64,000 bases of DNA from positions 1,000-64,999 of the forward strand of contig CAYXGF010000002.1 of the NCBI GenBank assembly GCA_964464465.1, in the 5' to 3' direction. Origin of the DNA: an uncultured Alistipes sp. GTDB taxonomy: Bacteria; Bacteroidota; Bacteroidia; Bacteroidales; Rikenellaceae. The translations under genes and the position numbers were made by a program. Every line of letters begins with the position of its first letter. Position 1 is the first letter of the stretch. The notes under the pieces are model-generated. The model was not told where the DNA came from. It worked only from the letters and a program-made list of their open reading frames with translations, and did not search any database. Below, one piece after another: positions 56,635-64,000 of the stretch.

Positions 56635-57651
56635 TCACACGATGTTCACTTCGGTGTCGATTGCGATGCCGAATTTCTGGAAAACGTCCTGCTGTATGTC
56701 TCGTGCGAGGCCCAGCACCTGCGCTCCTGTTGCTCCGCCTGTGTTTATCAGAACCAGAGCCTGCCGGTCGTGTACGCCTACTGCCCCCTGCCGGCGCCCT
56801 TTCCAGCCGGCTTTGTCGATTAACCAGCCGGCCGCTATCTTGACCTTGCACTCGTCCGCAGTAGCGTAGACAGGCAAATCCTCGTATGTCTCTGAGAGTC
56901 TCTGCGCGGTGGTTCTGTCGACTATCGGGTTTTTGAAGAAACTGCCTGCATTTCCCGTAACTGCCGTATCGGGCAGTTTTTCCCGGCGTATTTCAATCAC
57001 AGCCCGGCGTATGTTCTCTATTGTCGAATCTCCGAGTTGCGAGACATGTTGCAGCAGCGTTCCGTATCCGAGGTTGGGCGACGGCTGTTTTTTGAGTTCG
57101 AAATTTACCGCGGTGACTATGATACGCCCTTTGAGCGAATGCTTGAATATGCTTTCGCGGTAGGCGAATTCGCAGAAAGAGGCATCGAGCGTGAGGGTGT
57201 TGAGTGTCTGCGGACTGAACATCTCGACGGAGCGGATGATGTCGGCTGCCTCCGCGCCGTATGCGCCTATGTTCTGAACGGGTGCCGCTCCGACCTTGCC
57301 CGGAATGAGAGAGAGATTCTCGGCACCCCACAGCCGGTGTTCGACGCACCATGCCACGAAATCGTCCCATTCCACACCAGCCTGAACCCTTACCATGGCT
57401 TTTTCCGGTGTCTCGGAAGTCACCTCTATGCCTGCGGATACAGGATGCAGAATCACACCGTCGTAATCCTGTGTGAACAGTATGTTGTTGCCTCCGCTTA
57501 GCACCATCCACTTTTCGCACCGGCATATCATGTCCGCGAAGATGGTGCGCAGGTCATCTGCCGTTTCGAATTCTATCAGCTGGCGGCATGAGGCCGGCAC
57601 CGCGAAACTGTTGCGTGTCAGCAACGATTTGTTTTCAATATCCCGAATCAT
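56635..57651 (-). CDS. murB: UDP-N-acetylmuramate dehydrogenase
   Basis: Start at MIRDIENKSLL. It has the FAD-binding GGGSN-like LSGGNNILF and the C-terminal MurB domain. Confidence 0.9.
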   Translation of the reverse strand: MIRDIENKSLLTRNSFAVPASCRQLIEFETADDLRTIFADMICRCEKWMVLSGGNNILFTQDYDGVILHPVSAGIEVTSETPEKAMVRVQAGVEWDDFVAWCVEHRLWGAENLSLIPGKVGAAPVQNIGAYGAEAADIIRSVEMFSPQTLNTLTLDASFCEFAYRESIFKHSLKGRIIVTAVNFELKKQPSPNLGYGTLLQHVSQLGDSTIENIRRAVIEIRREKLPDTAVTGNAGSFFKNPIVDRTTAQRLSETYEDLPVYATADECKVKIAAGWLIDKAGWKGRRQGAVGVHDRQALVLINTGGATGAQVLGLARDIQQDVFQKFGIAIDTEVNIV

Positions 57652-57656
57652 ATCCG

Positions 57657-57664
57657 CAAAAGTA
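57657..57664 (-). promoter_or_regulatory. Bacteroidetes -7 box (TACTTTTG) for murB
   Basis: The plus strand reads CAAAAGTA, only 6 nt upstream of the ATG at 57651. This implies a very short or absent leader. Confidence 0.35.
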
Positions 57665-57670
57665 GCGAAT

Positions 57671-57704
57671 AAAAAAAGGACGGCCAAACTGACCGTCCTT
57701 TTTT
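57671..57704. terminator. hairpin terminator at the end of the mmd operon
   Basis: AGGACGG-N9-CCGTCCT is flanked by A7 and T5. Read on the minus strand it is followed by T7, 17 nt after the mmdB stop. Confidence 0.75.
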
Positions 57705-57720
57705 ATAGTGTATGTATTCC

Positions 57721-58914
57721 TTATCCGAGGAAGCTGAGCAGAATACCTGCCGCAACGGCGGAGCCTACCACACCGGCCACATTCGGACCCATGGCGTGCA
57801 TGAGAAGGAAGTTGGACGGGTTCGCCTCCTGACCGACGGTCTGCGAAACACGTGCCGCCATCGGAACGGCCGATACGCCCGCCGAGCCGATGAGCGGATT
57901 GATTTTCTTACCCTCCTTGGCGAACAGGTTCATCAGTTTTGCCAGCAGGACTCCGCCGGCAGTACCCATGCAGAACGCAATGATACCCAGAGCAAGGATG
58001 GCGAGTGTATTCCAGTTGAGGAACGCCTCCGCCGTAGCTGTGGCACCTACCGTCGTACCGAGGAATATGACCACGATGTTCATCAGTTCGTTCTGTACGG
58101 TTTTGCTCAGACGGTCCACCACGCCGCACTCCTTCATCAGGTTGCCGAACATGAGGCATCCGATAAGCGGAGCAGCGCTCGGCAGGAGCAGCGAGATGAT
58201 TGCGGTGATGATTATCGGGAATATAATCTTCTCAGTTTTCGATACGGGACGCAGCTGCGCCATCTTAATCATGCGCTCTTTTTTAGTGGTGAGCGCCTTC
58301 ATGATGGGCGGCTGAATCAGAGGTACAAGAGCCATGTACGAGTATGCCGCCACGGCTATCGGGCCGAGCAGATTCGGGGCCAGCTTGGATGTCAGATAGA
58401 TTGCGGTAGGACCGTCGGCGCCGCCGATAATTCCGATACTTCCGCATTCATTGGGCGCGAAGCCGAGGGCTGCCGCACCGATGAACGTGATGAAGATACC
58501 CACCTGAGCCGCAGCACCGAGAAGAAAGCTCTTCGGATTGGCGATAAGCGGACCGAAGTCGGTCATTGCGCCGACGCCGAGGAATATAAGGCAGGGATAG
58601 ATGCCGAGTTTGACACCCAGGTAGAGGTAGTCCAGAAGGCCTGCGTCATTGACGAAATTGCCCCAATGCACGTGTCCTCCCTCGAAGAGAGCCGAGTGGA
58701 ACATGTTTGCACCCGGGAGATTGGTGAGCAACATTCCGAATGCGATGGTCAGCAGCAACAGAGGTTCGTATTTTTTCTTGATTGCAAGATACATCAGGAA
58801 AAACGACAGACCTATCATTACGTATTGTTTCCAGTCGCCTGAGCTGAATCCCGTCTGCGCGAAGAAATCGAGCAGAGCGCTCCAACTCGAATTTGCCGAT
58901 AAACTGTATATCAT
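57721..58914 (-). CDS. mmdB: Na+-translocating decarboxylase beta subunit (methylmalonyl-CoA/oxaloacetate decarboxylase)
   Basis: A polytopic 397-aa protein with the conserved [10 protein letters not shown] and [12 protein letters not shown] motifs. Confidence 0.88.
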   Translation of the reverse strand: MIYSLSANSSWSALLDFFAQTGFSSGDWKQYVMIGLSFFLMYLAIKKKYEPLLLLTIAFGMLLTNLPGANMFHSALFEGGHVHWGNFVNDAGLLDYLYLGVKLGIYPCLIFLGVGAMTDFGPLIANPKSFLLGAAAQVGIFITFIGAAALGFAPNECGSIGIIGGADGPTAIYLTSKLAPNLLGPIAVAAYSYMALVPLIQPPIMKALTTKKERMIKMAQLRPVSKTEKIIFPIIITAIISLLLPSAAPLIGCLMFGNLMKECGVVDRLSKTVQNELMNIVVIFLGTTVGATATAEAFLNWNTLAILALGIIAFCMGTAGGVLLAKLMNLFAKEGKKINPLIGSAGVSAVPMAARVSQTVGQEANPSNFLLMHAMGPNVAGVVGSAVAAGILLSFLG

Positions 58915-58927
58915 AGTCCGTTCTCCC

Positions 58928-59359
58928 TTATTCGATAACCATTAACAAGTCGCCTTCCATTACGGTAGCGCCGGCCTGTACGTTGACGGACTTGACCGTT
59001 CCGCCCTGCGGAGCGTCGATATTGTTTTCCATCTTCATTGCTTCGAGTACGGCCAGAGTCTGTCCGGCCGAGACGGTGTCGCCGACCTTGACTTTTATGC
59101 CGACAAGCGTTCCCGGAAGCGGAGCTGTGATTTTAATGCCGCTTGCAGCAGCGGGACGGGCGGCCGAAACAGCCTGAGCGGATGCGGCCGAAGGAGCGGT
59201 AGTCTGCGCTTTCTTGATTGTGGATACCTTGGCACCCTGGATTTCGACCTGGTAGGGCGTACCGTTCACTACTACGTTCGCTACGGTGGATTCCTCATTT
59301 ACGTCGTCGATTGTGACGTTGTACTGACGGCCGTTTATTTTGAATGAATAGTCTTTCAT
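58928..59359 (-). CDS. mmdC: biotin carboxyl carrier subunit of the decarboxylase
   Basis: Start at [13 protein letters not shown]. It has an Ala/Pro linker and the biotinylation motif EAMKMEN. Confidence 0.88.
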   Translation of the reverse strand: MKDYSFKINGRQYNVTIDDVNEESTVANVVVNGTPYQVEIQGAKVSTIKKAQTTAPSAASAQAVSAARPAAASGIKITAPLPGTLVGIKVKVGDTVSAGQTLAVLEAMKMENNIDAPQGGTVKSVNVQAGATVMEGDLLMVIE

Positions 59360-59373
59360 CTTGATACTCTGAG

Positions 59374-59706
59374 TTATTTTCTTTTGTAATCTGGTAATTG
59401 TGTCAGCCCGTGAATTTTTGAGCTCCACGGCGAATAGACGCTTTTGATTTTGTGAATGGTGATTACCTCCGACTCCTTGTCATGCAGGTTGCTCGTGTAT
59501 ATTTTCAGAGCGGCGGTTATCGCAGCCGCCACCTCGTTTTCGTCGCCGGCCTGCTCCGCGGGCTGCGCTTTCGGCTTTCTCTCGACGAAGGCGACGCCCA
59601 TCAGCTTCATGAGTCCGACCATGAGCGTAAGAACCGCTACGACAAGCAGAAAACCTATCAGAGCCGTGTTGAGGATGTAACCCCAGTCTACTAATAACAT
59701 TGTCAT
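59374..59706 (-). CDS. mmdD: OadG-family small membrane subunit of the decarboxylase
   Basis: A 110-aa ORF with a single N-terminal TM helix, positioned between the carboxyltransferase and BCCP genes. Confidence 0.7.
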   Translation of the reverse strand: MTMLLVDWGYILNTALIGFLLVVAVLTLMVGLMKLMGVAFVERKPKAQPAEQAGDENEVAAAITAALKIYTSNLHDKESEVITIHKIKSVYSPWSSKIHGLTQLPDYKRK

Positions 59707-59717
59707 AACTTTACGGT

Positions 59718-61280
59718 TTACAAAGGAATGTTGGAGTGTTTCTTAGCAGGGTTGCTGAGACGTTTTGTCGCCAGCGACTGCAATGCGCGGATTATGCGGA
59801 AACGCGTATTGCGGGGCTCGATAATATCGTCGATGTAGCCGTATTTGGCGGCGTTGTACGGATTGGAGAACTTGTCGTTGTACTCTTTTTCCTTCTCGGC
59901 GATGAACTTGGCTTTCTCCTCGGTGTTCTCGATAGCCGCGATAGCCTTTGCTTGCAGCACCTCGACAGCTCCCGAAGCACCCATGACGGCGATTTCGGCC
60001 GTAGGCCATGCGTAGTTGATGTCACCGCGGATATGTTTCGAGCTCATCACGATGTATGCGCCTCCGTATGCCTTGCGGAGCGTGACGGTTACCTTGGCTA
60101 CGGTAGCCTCGCAGTAAGCGAACAGAAGTTTTGCACCGTGGTCAATGACGGCGTTGTACTCCTGTCCTGTGCCCGGAAGGAATCCCGGAACGTCCACTAA
60201 GGTTACGATAGGAATGTTGAACGCGTCGCAGAACCGGATGAAGCGGGCCGCCTTGCGCGAGGCGTTGCTGTCGAGCACGCCGGCCATGTATTTTGGCTGG
60301 TTGGCGACGATACCCACGCTCTGTCCGTTGAAGCGGGCGAAACATGTGATTATGTTCTTTGCGAAAGCCTGCTGCGATTCGAGATATTCTCCGTTATCGA
60401 CAATAGCCCGGATGACCTCGTACATGTCGTATGGCTTGTTTGGGTTGTCGGGTATTATGTCGTTCAGAGAGTCTTCCAGACGGTCGATGCGGTCGGTGCA
60501 GACACCTACCGGAGCATCCTCCATGTTGTTCTGCGGCATGTAGCCGAGCAGTTTGCGGATGAGTTGCAGACCCTCCTCCTCGGTGTCGACTGCGAAGTGC
60601 GCCACACCCGATTTGGCAGTGTGGACTGTCGCGCCGCCGAGCTGTTCCTGTGTCACATCTTCGCCGGTCACGGTCTTTACGACCTTCGGTCCGGTAAGGA
60701 ACATGTTGCTGGTCTGTTTCTTCATGATTATGAAGTCGGTCAGCGCCGGCGAGTAAACTGCGCCGCCTGCGCACGGACCGAAGATTGCCGAAATCTGCGG
60801 AATCACACCCGAGGCCATCACGTTGCGCTGGAATATCTCGCCGTATCCGGCCAGGGCGTTGATGCCTTCCTGGATACGTGCGCCGCCCGAGTCGTTGAGA
60901 CCGATTACCGGAGCGCCGTTGCGCATGGCCATGTCCATAATCTTGCATATTTTCTCGGCCAGCGTAATCGAGAGCGAGCCTGCGTTGACGGTGAAGTCCT
61001 GTGCGAAGATATACACCAGACGTCCTTCTACCGTTCCGTATCCCGTCACCACTCCGTCGCCGAAGATATGCTCCTTCTCCATGCCGAAGTCGTAGCAGCG
61101 GTGTGTCACGAACATGTCGAACTCTTCGAAAGAGCCCTCGTCCAAAAACATGTTAATTCTTTCGCGGGCGGTGTATTTGCCTTTGGCGTGCTGAGAGTCG
61201 ATTCTCTTCTGTCCGCCTCCCAGTCTGGCTTTCTCGCGGTTGTTTATCAACAGCTGTACCTGTTCCTGTATGTTGCTCAT
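59718..61280 (-). CDS. mmdA: methylmalonyl-CoA decarboxylase alpha subunit (carboxyltransferase)
   Basis: A 520-aa acyl-CoA carboxyltransferase with two crotonase-like halves ([24 protein letters not shown]). Confidence 0.9.
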   Translation of the reverse strand: MSNIQEQVQLLINNREKARLGGGQKRIDSQHAKGKYTARERINMFLDEGSFEEFDMFVTHRCYDFGMEKEHIFGDGVVTGYGTVEGRLVYIFAQDFTVNAGSLSITLAEKICKIMDMAMRNGAPVIGLNDSGGARIQEGINALAGYGEIFQRNVMASGVIPQISAIFGPCAGGAVYSPALTDFIIMKKQTSNMFLTGPKVVKTVTGEDVTQEQLGGATVHTAKSGVAHFAVDTEEEGLQLIRKLLGYMPQNNMEDAPVGVCTDRIDRLEDSLNDIIPDNPNKPYDMYEVIRAIVDNGEYLESQQAFAKNIITCFARFNGQSVGIVANQPKYMAGVLDSNASRKAARFIRFCDAFNIPIVTLVDVPGFLPGTGQEYNAVIDHGAKLLFAYCEATVAKVTVTLRKAYGGAYIVMSSKHIRGDINYAWPTAEIAVMGASGAVEVLQAKAIAAIENTEEKAKFIAEKEKEYNDKFSNPYNAAKYGYIDDIIEPRNTRFRIIRALQSLATKRLSNPAKKHSNIPL

Positions 61281-61291
61281 TTCCGTTGTTT

Positions 61292-61705
61292 TTATTTGTT
61301 GTTCTTGTCTTCGCAGAGTTCGGTAAGCACGCCCATTGTCGATTTGGGGTGAAGGAAAGCGATGGTAAGCCCTTCGGCGCCGCCGCGGGGAGTCTTGTCG
61401 ATGAGTCTGACCTCCTTGCTTTCGGCCTCGGCGAGCGCGTCCTCGATACCCTCGACGGCAAATGCCACGTGGTGTACGCCCTGTCCTTTGTTTTCAATGA
61501 ATTTGGCTATCGTGCTGTCTTCGGAGGTGGCTTCGAGAAGCTCTATTTTGGTTTGTCCTACCTTGAAGAACGCCGTCTTGACCTTCTGGTCGGCGACCTC
61601 TTCGATGTTGTAGCATTTCAATCCTAAGACTTTTTCATAATAAGGGATTGCTTCCTCCAAACTCTTCACGGCGATGCCGAGATGTTCGATATGGGAGATG
61701 TTCAT
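61292..61705 (-). CDS. mce: methylmalonyl-CoA epimerase
   Basis: Start at [13 protein letters not shown]. It is VOC/glyoxalase-fold, with HHVAF and the expected operon context. Confidence 0.88.
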   Translation of the reverse strand: MNISHIEHLGIAVKSLEEAIPYYEKVLGLKCYNIEEVADQKVKTAFFKVGQTKIELLEATSEDSTIAKFIENKGQGVHHVAFAVEGIEDALAEAESKEVRLIDKTPRGGAEGLTIAFLHPKSTMGVLTELCEDKNNK

Positions 61706-61777
61706 TTTAGTAAGTTTTAAATATTTGTAAAACAGATTATTGACGTTGCTGTGCCGCAGTGCGCACATTTTCAGAAA

Positions 61778-61785
61778 CAAATGTA
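61778..61785 (-). promoter_or_regulatory. Bacteroidetes -7 box (TACATTTG) for the mce-mmd operon
   Basis: The plus strand reads CAAATGTA, 73 nt upstream of the ATG at 61705. Confidence 0.4.
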
Positions 61786-61855
61786 ATGAACTTTTTCCGG
61801 ATTTCAGCCGCTTCTTAAATATTTTTAAGAAAAAAAAGTTGGACGGCGCAAAACT

Positions 61856-61878
61856 GTCCGTAAATGAAACTTACGGAC
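61856..61878. promoter_or_regulatory. perfect 8-bp inverted repeat GTCCGTAA-N7-TTACGGAC (candidate operator)
   Basis: Read directly from the sequence. It lies in the divergent rbr / mce-mmd control region, about 90 nt upstream of the rbr ATG. Confidence 0.3.
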
Positions 61879-61963
61879 TTATAAAGTGCGGATACGGTCC
61901 GCCTTGGCGGTTTTTGTCCCGTTTTTGCATTTATCACCCGTAACCGTTAAAAAAACAAAAAAC

Positions 61964-62539
61964 ATGAAATCGATAAAAGGAACCGCAACCGAGCAGAATC
62001 TGCTCAGAGCGTTTGCCGGCGAGTCGCAGGCCCGCACGCGTTATACGTTTTTCGCCGGTGTTGCGAGGAAGGAGGGCTACGAACAGATTGCCGGCGTATT
62101 TCTTGAAACCGCAGAGCAGGAGAAGGAGCATGCCGAGCGTTTTTTCAAGTTTCTCGAAGGGGGCGACGTGTCCATTACCTCGTCCTATCCGGCAGGCCGT
62201 ATTTCGACCACTGCGGATAATCTTCTTGCGGCGGCTCTGGGCGAAAGGCAGGAGTGGGACATGCTCTATCCGGATTTCGCGGCCGTTGCGGACAGCGAGG
62301 GCTTTGCCGAGATTGCCGAGGCCTTCCGTCGGATTTCCACCGTCGAGTCGTATCACGAGCAGCGCTATATGAAACTGCTGAGCCGTATGACTGACGGAGA
62401 TTTTTTCGTGCGCGACGGCGAGATTTACTGGCAGTGCCGTAACTGCGGTTATGTCTGCAAGGCGGCCGAGGCTCCGGAGATATGTCCTGCATGCAAGCAT
62501 CCGCAGGCCTATTTCGAGCCGATGAAAGAGAACTATTAG
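61964..62539 (+). CDS. rbr: rubrerythrin
   Basis: Start at MKSIKGTATEQNLL. It has diiron ExxH motifs (EQEKEHAE, ESYHEQR) and the C-terminal rubredoxin CRNCG...CPAC. Confidence 0.92.
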   Translation: MKSIKGTATEQNLLRAFAGESQARTRYTFFAGVARKEGYEQIAGVFLETAEQEKEHAERFFKFLEGGDVSITSSYPAGRISTTADNLLAAALGERQEWDMLYPDFAAVADSEGFAEIAEAFRRISTVESYHEQRYMKLLSRMTDGDFFVRDGEIYWQCRNCGYVCKAAEAPEICPACKHPQAYFEPMKENY

Positions 62540-63651
62540 AGCGCCGGTTTTTGCAGAAGCCGTCTGCTGTCCTGCATGAACTGCCCGTATGCGGCTTTGG
62601 CGGCACTGTCGCCTTCGAGCATCGTGTCTGCAATCCATGACGGCAGCACGGTATACCTGCGTCTGCCGTCACGGAATGGCGTATAGACCCACACGAGGCT
62701 GTATGCGAAGTCGTACGACACGGAATCCGCACCGGCCTTGCAGACATCTATCCGCGCAATCATGCCGCCGTCGCAGCCGCGTTTGCGCTGGTTGGAGACG
62801 AAGTTGCCGAGCGAATAGAACACGGCCGTGCACGCGGACGAGTCTGCGTGCGGCAGATACTCTATCGGTTGCAGAACGTGGGGATGCGAGCCGATTATGA
62901 TGTCAATGCCCTGCCGCGCGCTCCAACGTGCCAGACGCCGTTGTGCCGCAGACGGCTGCTGCGAATACTCCTCGCCCCAGTGGTAGCAGGCTATGATGCA
63001 CTCCGCTCCGTTGTGCCGCGCTATGGCTATGTCGCGTTTTATGCGTGCGGTATCTATGATGTTGACGATGTGTCCGGCCGGGACCGGAAGTCCGTTTGTC
63101 GAATAGGTGTAGTTCAGCAGGGCGAAGCGTATGGCGCCCGCCTCGAAGATGAGCGGACAGAACGCTGCGCATCGGGCCGAATCGGTGAATGCTCCGGTGC
63201 TCGCTATGCCTGCGCTGTCGAGCGCTGCTACGGTGTGGGCGATACCTGTGCGGGCATTGTCGCAGATATGGTTGTTGGCCAGGACCGCTATGTCGATTCC
63301 GCTCCTCCGCATGTCTCGCGCCAGCTGTGCCGGAGAACGGAACATCGGGTATCCGGTGTACTTGCCGGAGTAGGAGAGCGTGGTTTCGAGATTGATTATC
63401 ACGGCATCTGCCGAATCGAGCGTGGGCTTTATGTACCTGAAACACTCCTCGTAGTCGAATCCGTCCGGCGTACGTGCGGCCTCGACCTGCGGGGCATGCT
63501 GCATAAGGTCGCCGATGAAGATGAGCGATGCACTCCGGACCGTGTCGTGCGGCGGCTCCGCGGGCGGTTGTTCTTCCGGCCGGGTGGTGCGCATGCAGCC
63601 GGCGAGTGCGGCCAGGAAGACAAATATTGCGGCTGTGACGGTTTTTGGCAT
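62536..63651 (-). CDS. CapA-family (metallophosphatase-like) lipoprotein
   Basis: It has the lipobox LAALAGC, and the IFIGDLMQH, NLET, ANNH and GSHPH motifs. Confidence 0.8.
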   Translation of the reverse strand: MPKTVTAAIFVFLAALAGCMRTTRPEEQPPAEPPHDTVRSASLIFIGDLMQHAPQVEAARTPDGFDYEECFRYIKPTLDSADAVIINLETTLSYSGKYTGYPMFRSPAQLARDMRRSGIDIAVLANNHICDNARTGIAHTVAALDSAGIASTGAFTDSARCAAFCPLIFEAGAIRFALLNYTYSTNGLPVPAGHIVNIIDTARIKRDIAIARHNGAECIIACYHWGEEYSQQPSAAQRRLARWSARQGIDIIIGSHPHVLQPIEYLPHADSSACTAVFYSLGNFVSNQRKRGCDGGMIARIDVCKAGADSVSYDFAYSLVWVYTPFRDGRRRYTVLPSWIADTMLEGDSAAKAAYGQFMQDSRRLLQKPAL

Positions 63652-63669
63652 TGCGTTACGGGTGCCGCG

Positions 63670-64000
63670 TCAGGGTTTTACCTTGAAACCTTTCAGTGCA
63701 AGCACCTCGATGTCGTCCGTTTCGGTGTCCCTGCGGTATGCGGCGGTTCCGGCTACCGAGGCGTCGATGCCATGTGTGGGCATCGTGTAGCGGTTTACGG
63801 GAGCGTCGGTGACTACTTCGAGTATTATCACGAACTCCTGGCCCGGTTTGACGTTCTCTATCGGTACGGTGACGTCGACGGCCGATTTGGGCAGCACGCG
63901 CAGCGGAATGGAGGTGCTGGAAACGAATTTGTTCTTGACGGCGATGCGGCACCGGAGTTCGCCTATAATCGGCGTGTAGTGGCGCGTGTTGTGAATCTTG
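63670..64000 (-). CDS. C-terminal part of a hypothetical protein (frame open to the window end)
   Basis: My own translation shows the frame of the 75-aa track ORF stays open upstream to position 64000 (...KIHNTRHYTPIIGELRCRIAVKNKFVSSTSIPLRVLPKSAVDVTVPIENVKPG...). It is beta-rich, and I recognise no family. Confidence 0.5.
   Translation of the reverse strand, partial: KIHNTRHYTPIIGELRCRIAVKNKFVSSTSIPLRVLPKSAVDVTVPIENVKPGQEFVIILEVVTDAPVNRYTMPTHGIDASVAGTAAYRRDTETDDIEVLALKGFKVKP

Noticed and set aside
62536-62539. Convergent overlap of the rbr stop (TAG) and the CapA-family stop (TAA).
   Set aside because: The overlap is real in the sequence but only 4 nt. Such overlaps occur in compact genomes and imply nothing further without transcript data.

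Overview
This window reads as a core chromosomal segment of a moderately GC-rich Bacteroidales (Bacteroidota) genome. The lineage call rests on Bacteroidetes-type TAnnTTTG -7 promoter boxes in most intergenic gaps, a BACON-domain lipoprotein, a GldE-type gene and several Bacteroidetes-specific DUF families. Coding density is high and almost every gene is housekeeping. The gene content falls into these blocks:
- **Left end:** folB (partial), a PfkB kinase, the LysE-cmk-ispH string, and a GlsB-like N-acyltransferase followed by a DUF3472 protein.
- **8.4-24.4 kb:** lnt-folC, rlmH, asnS, rpoN, an S41 peptidase, an orphan histidine kinase, DUF4271-hemD, and rnpA-yidD.
- **24.5-37.4 kb:** a NUDIX/Dabb/C_GCAxxG group, MscS, a C11 (clostripain-like) lipoprotein with DUF4919, dapA, ligA, tilS-holA, and a GlsA-like acyltransferase.
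- **37.5-53.0 kb:** a complete dcw cluster, rsmH-ftsL-ftsI-murE-mraY-murD-ftsW-murG-murC-ftsQ-ftsA-ftsZ.
- **Right end:** gldE-like, a PPTase, MATE, murB, the Na+-pumping methylmalonyl-CoA decarboxylase operon (mce-mmdA-mmdD-mmdC-mmdB), rubrerythrin, and CapA.

I found no rRNA or tRNA genes, CRISPR array, prophage, transposase, integrase or recognisable defence genes. I cannot point to a convincing new multi-gene system.

The most unusual signal is nucleotide-level. A repeated intergenic element of about 115-190 nt occurs in at least three copies. One copy (29381-29568) is bounded by 16-bp terminal inverted repeats and sits just upstream of the C11 protease operon. An internal hairpin shows compensatory changes between copies.

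Secondary oddities are:
- a truncated GH2-like protein lacking canonical catalytic residues and translationally coupled to rlmH;
- an FtsQ with a roughly 110-aa coiled-coil insertion;
- glsB-like and glsA-like genes about 31 kb apart, and a dcw cluster with no mraZ;
- an AT-rich islet carrying a YaaW/DUF3944-like gene.

All family assignments come from reading the translations by eye. No database search was run.
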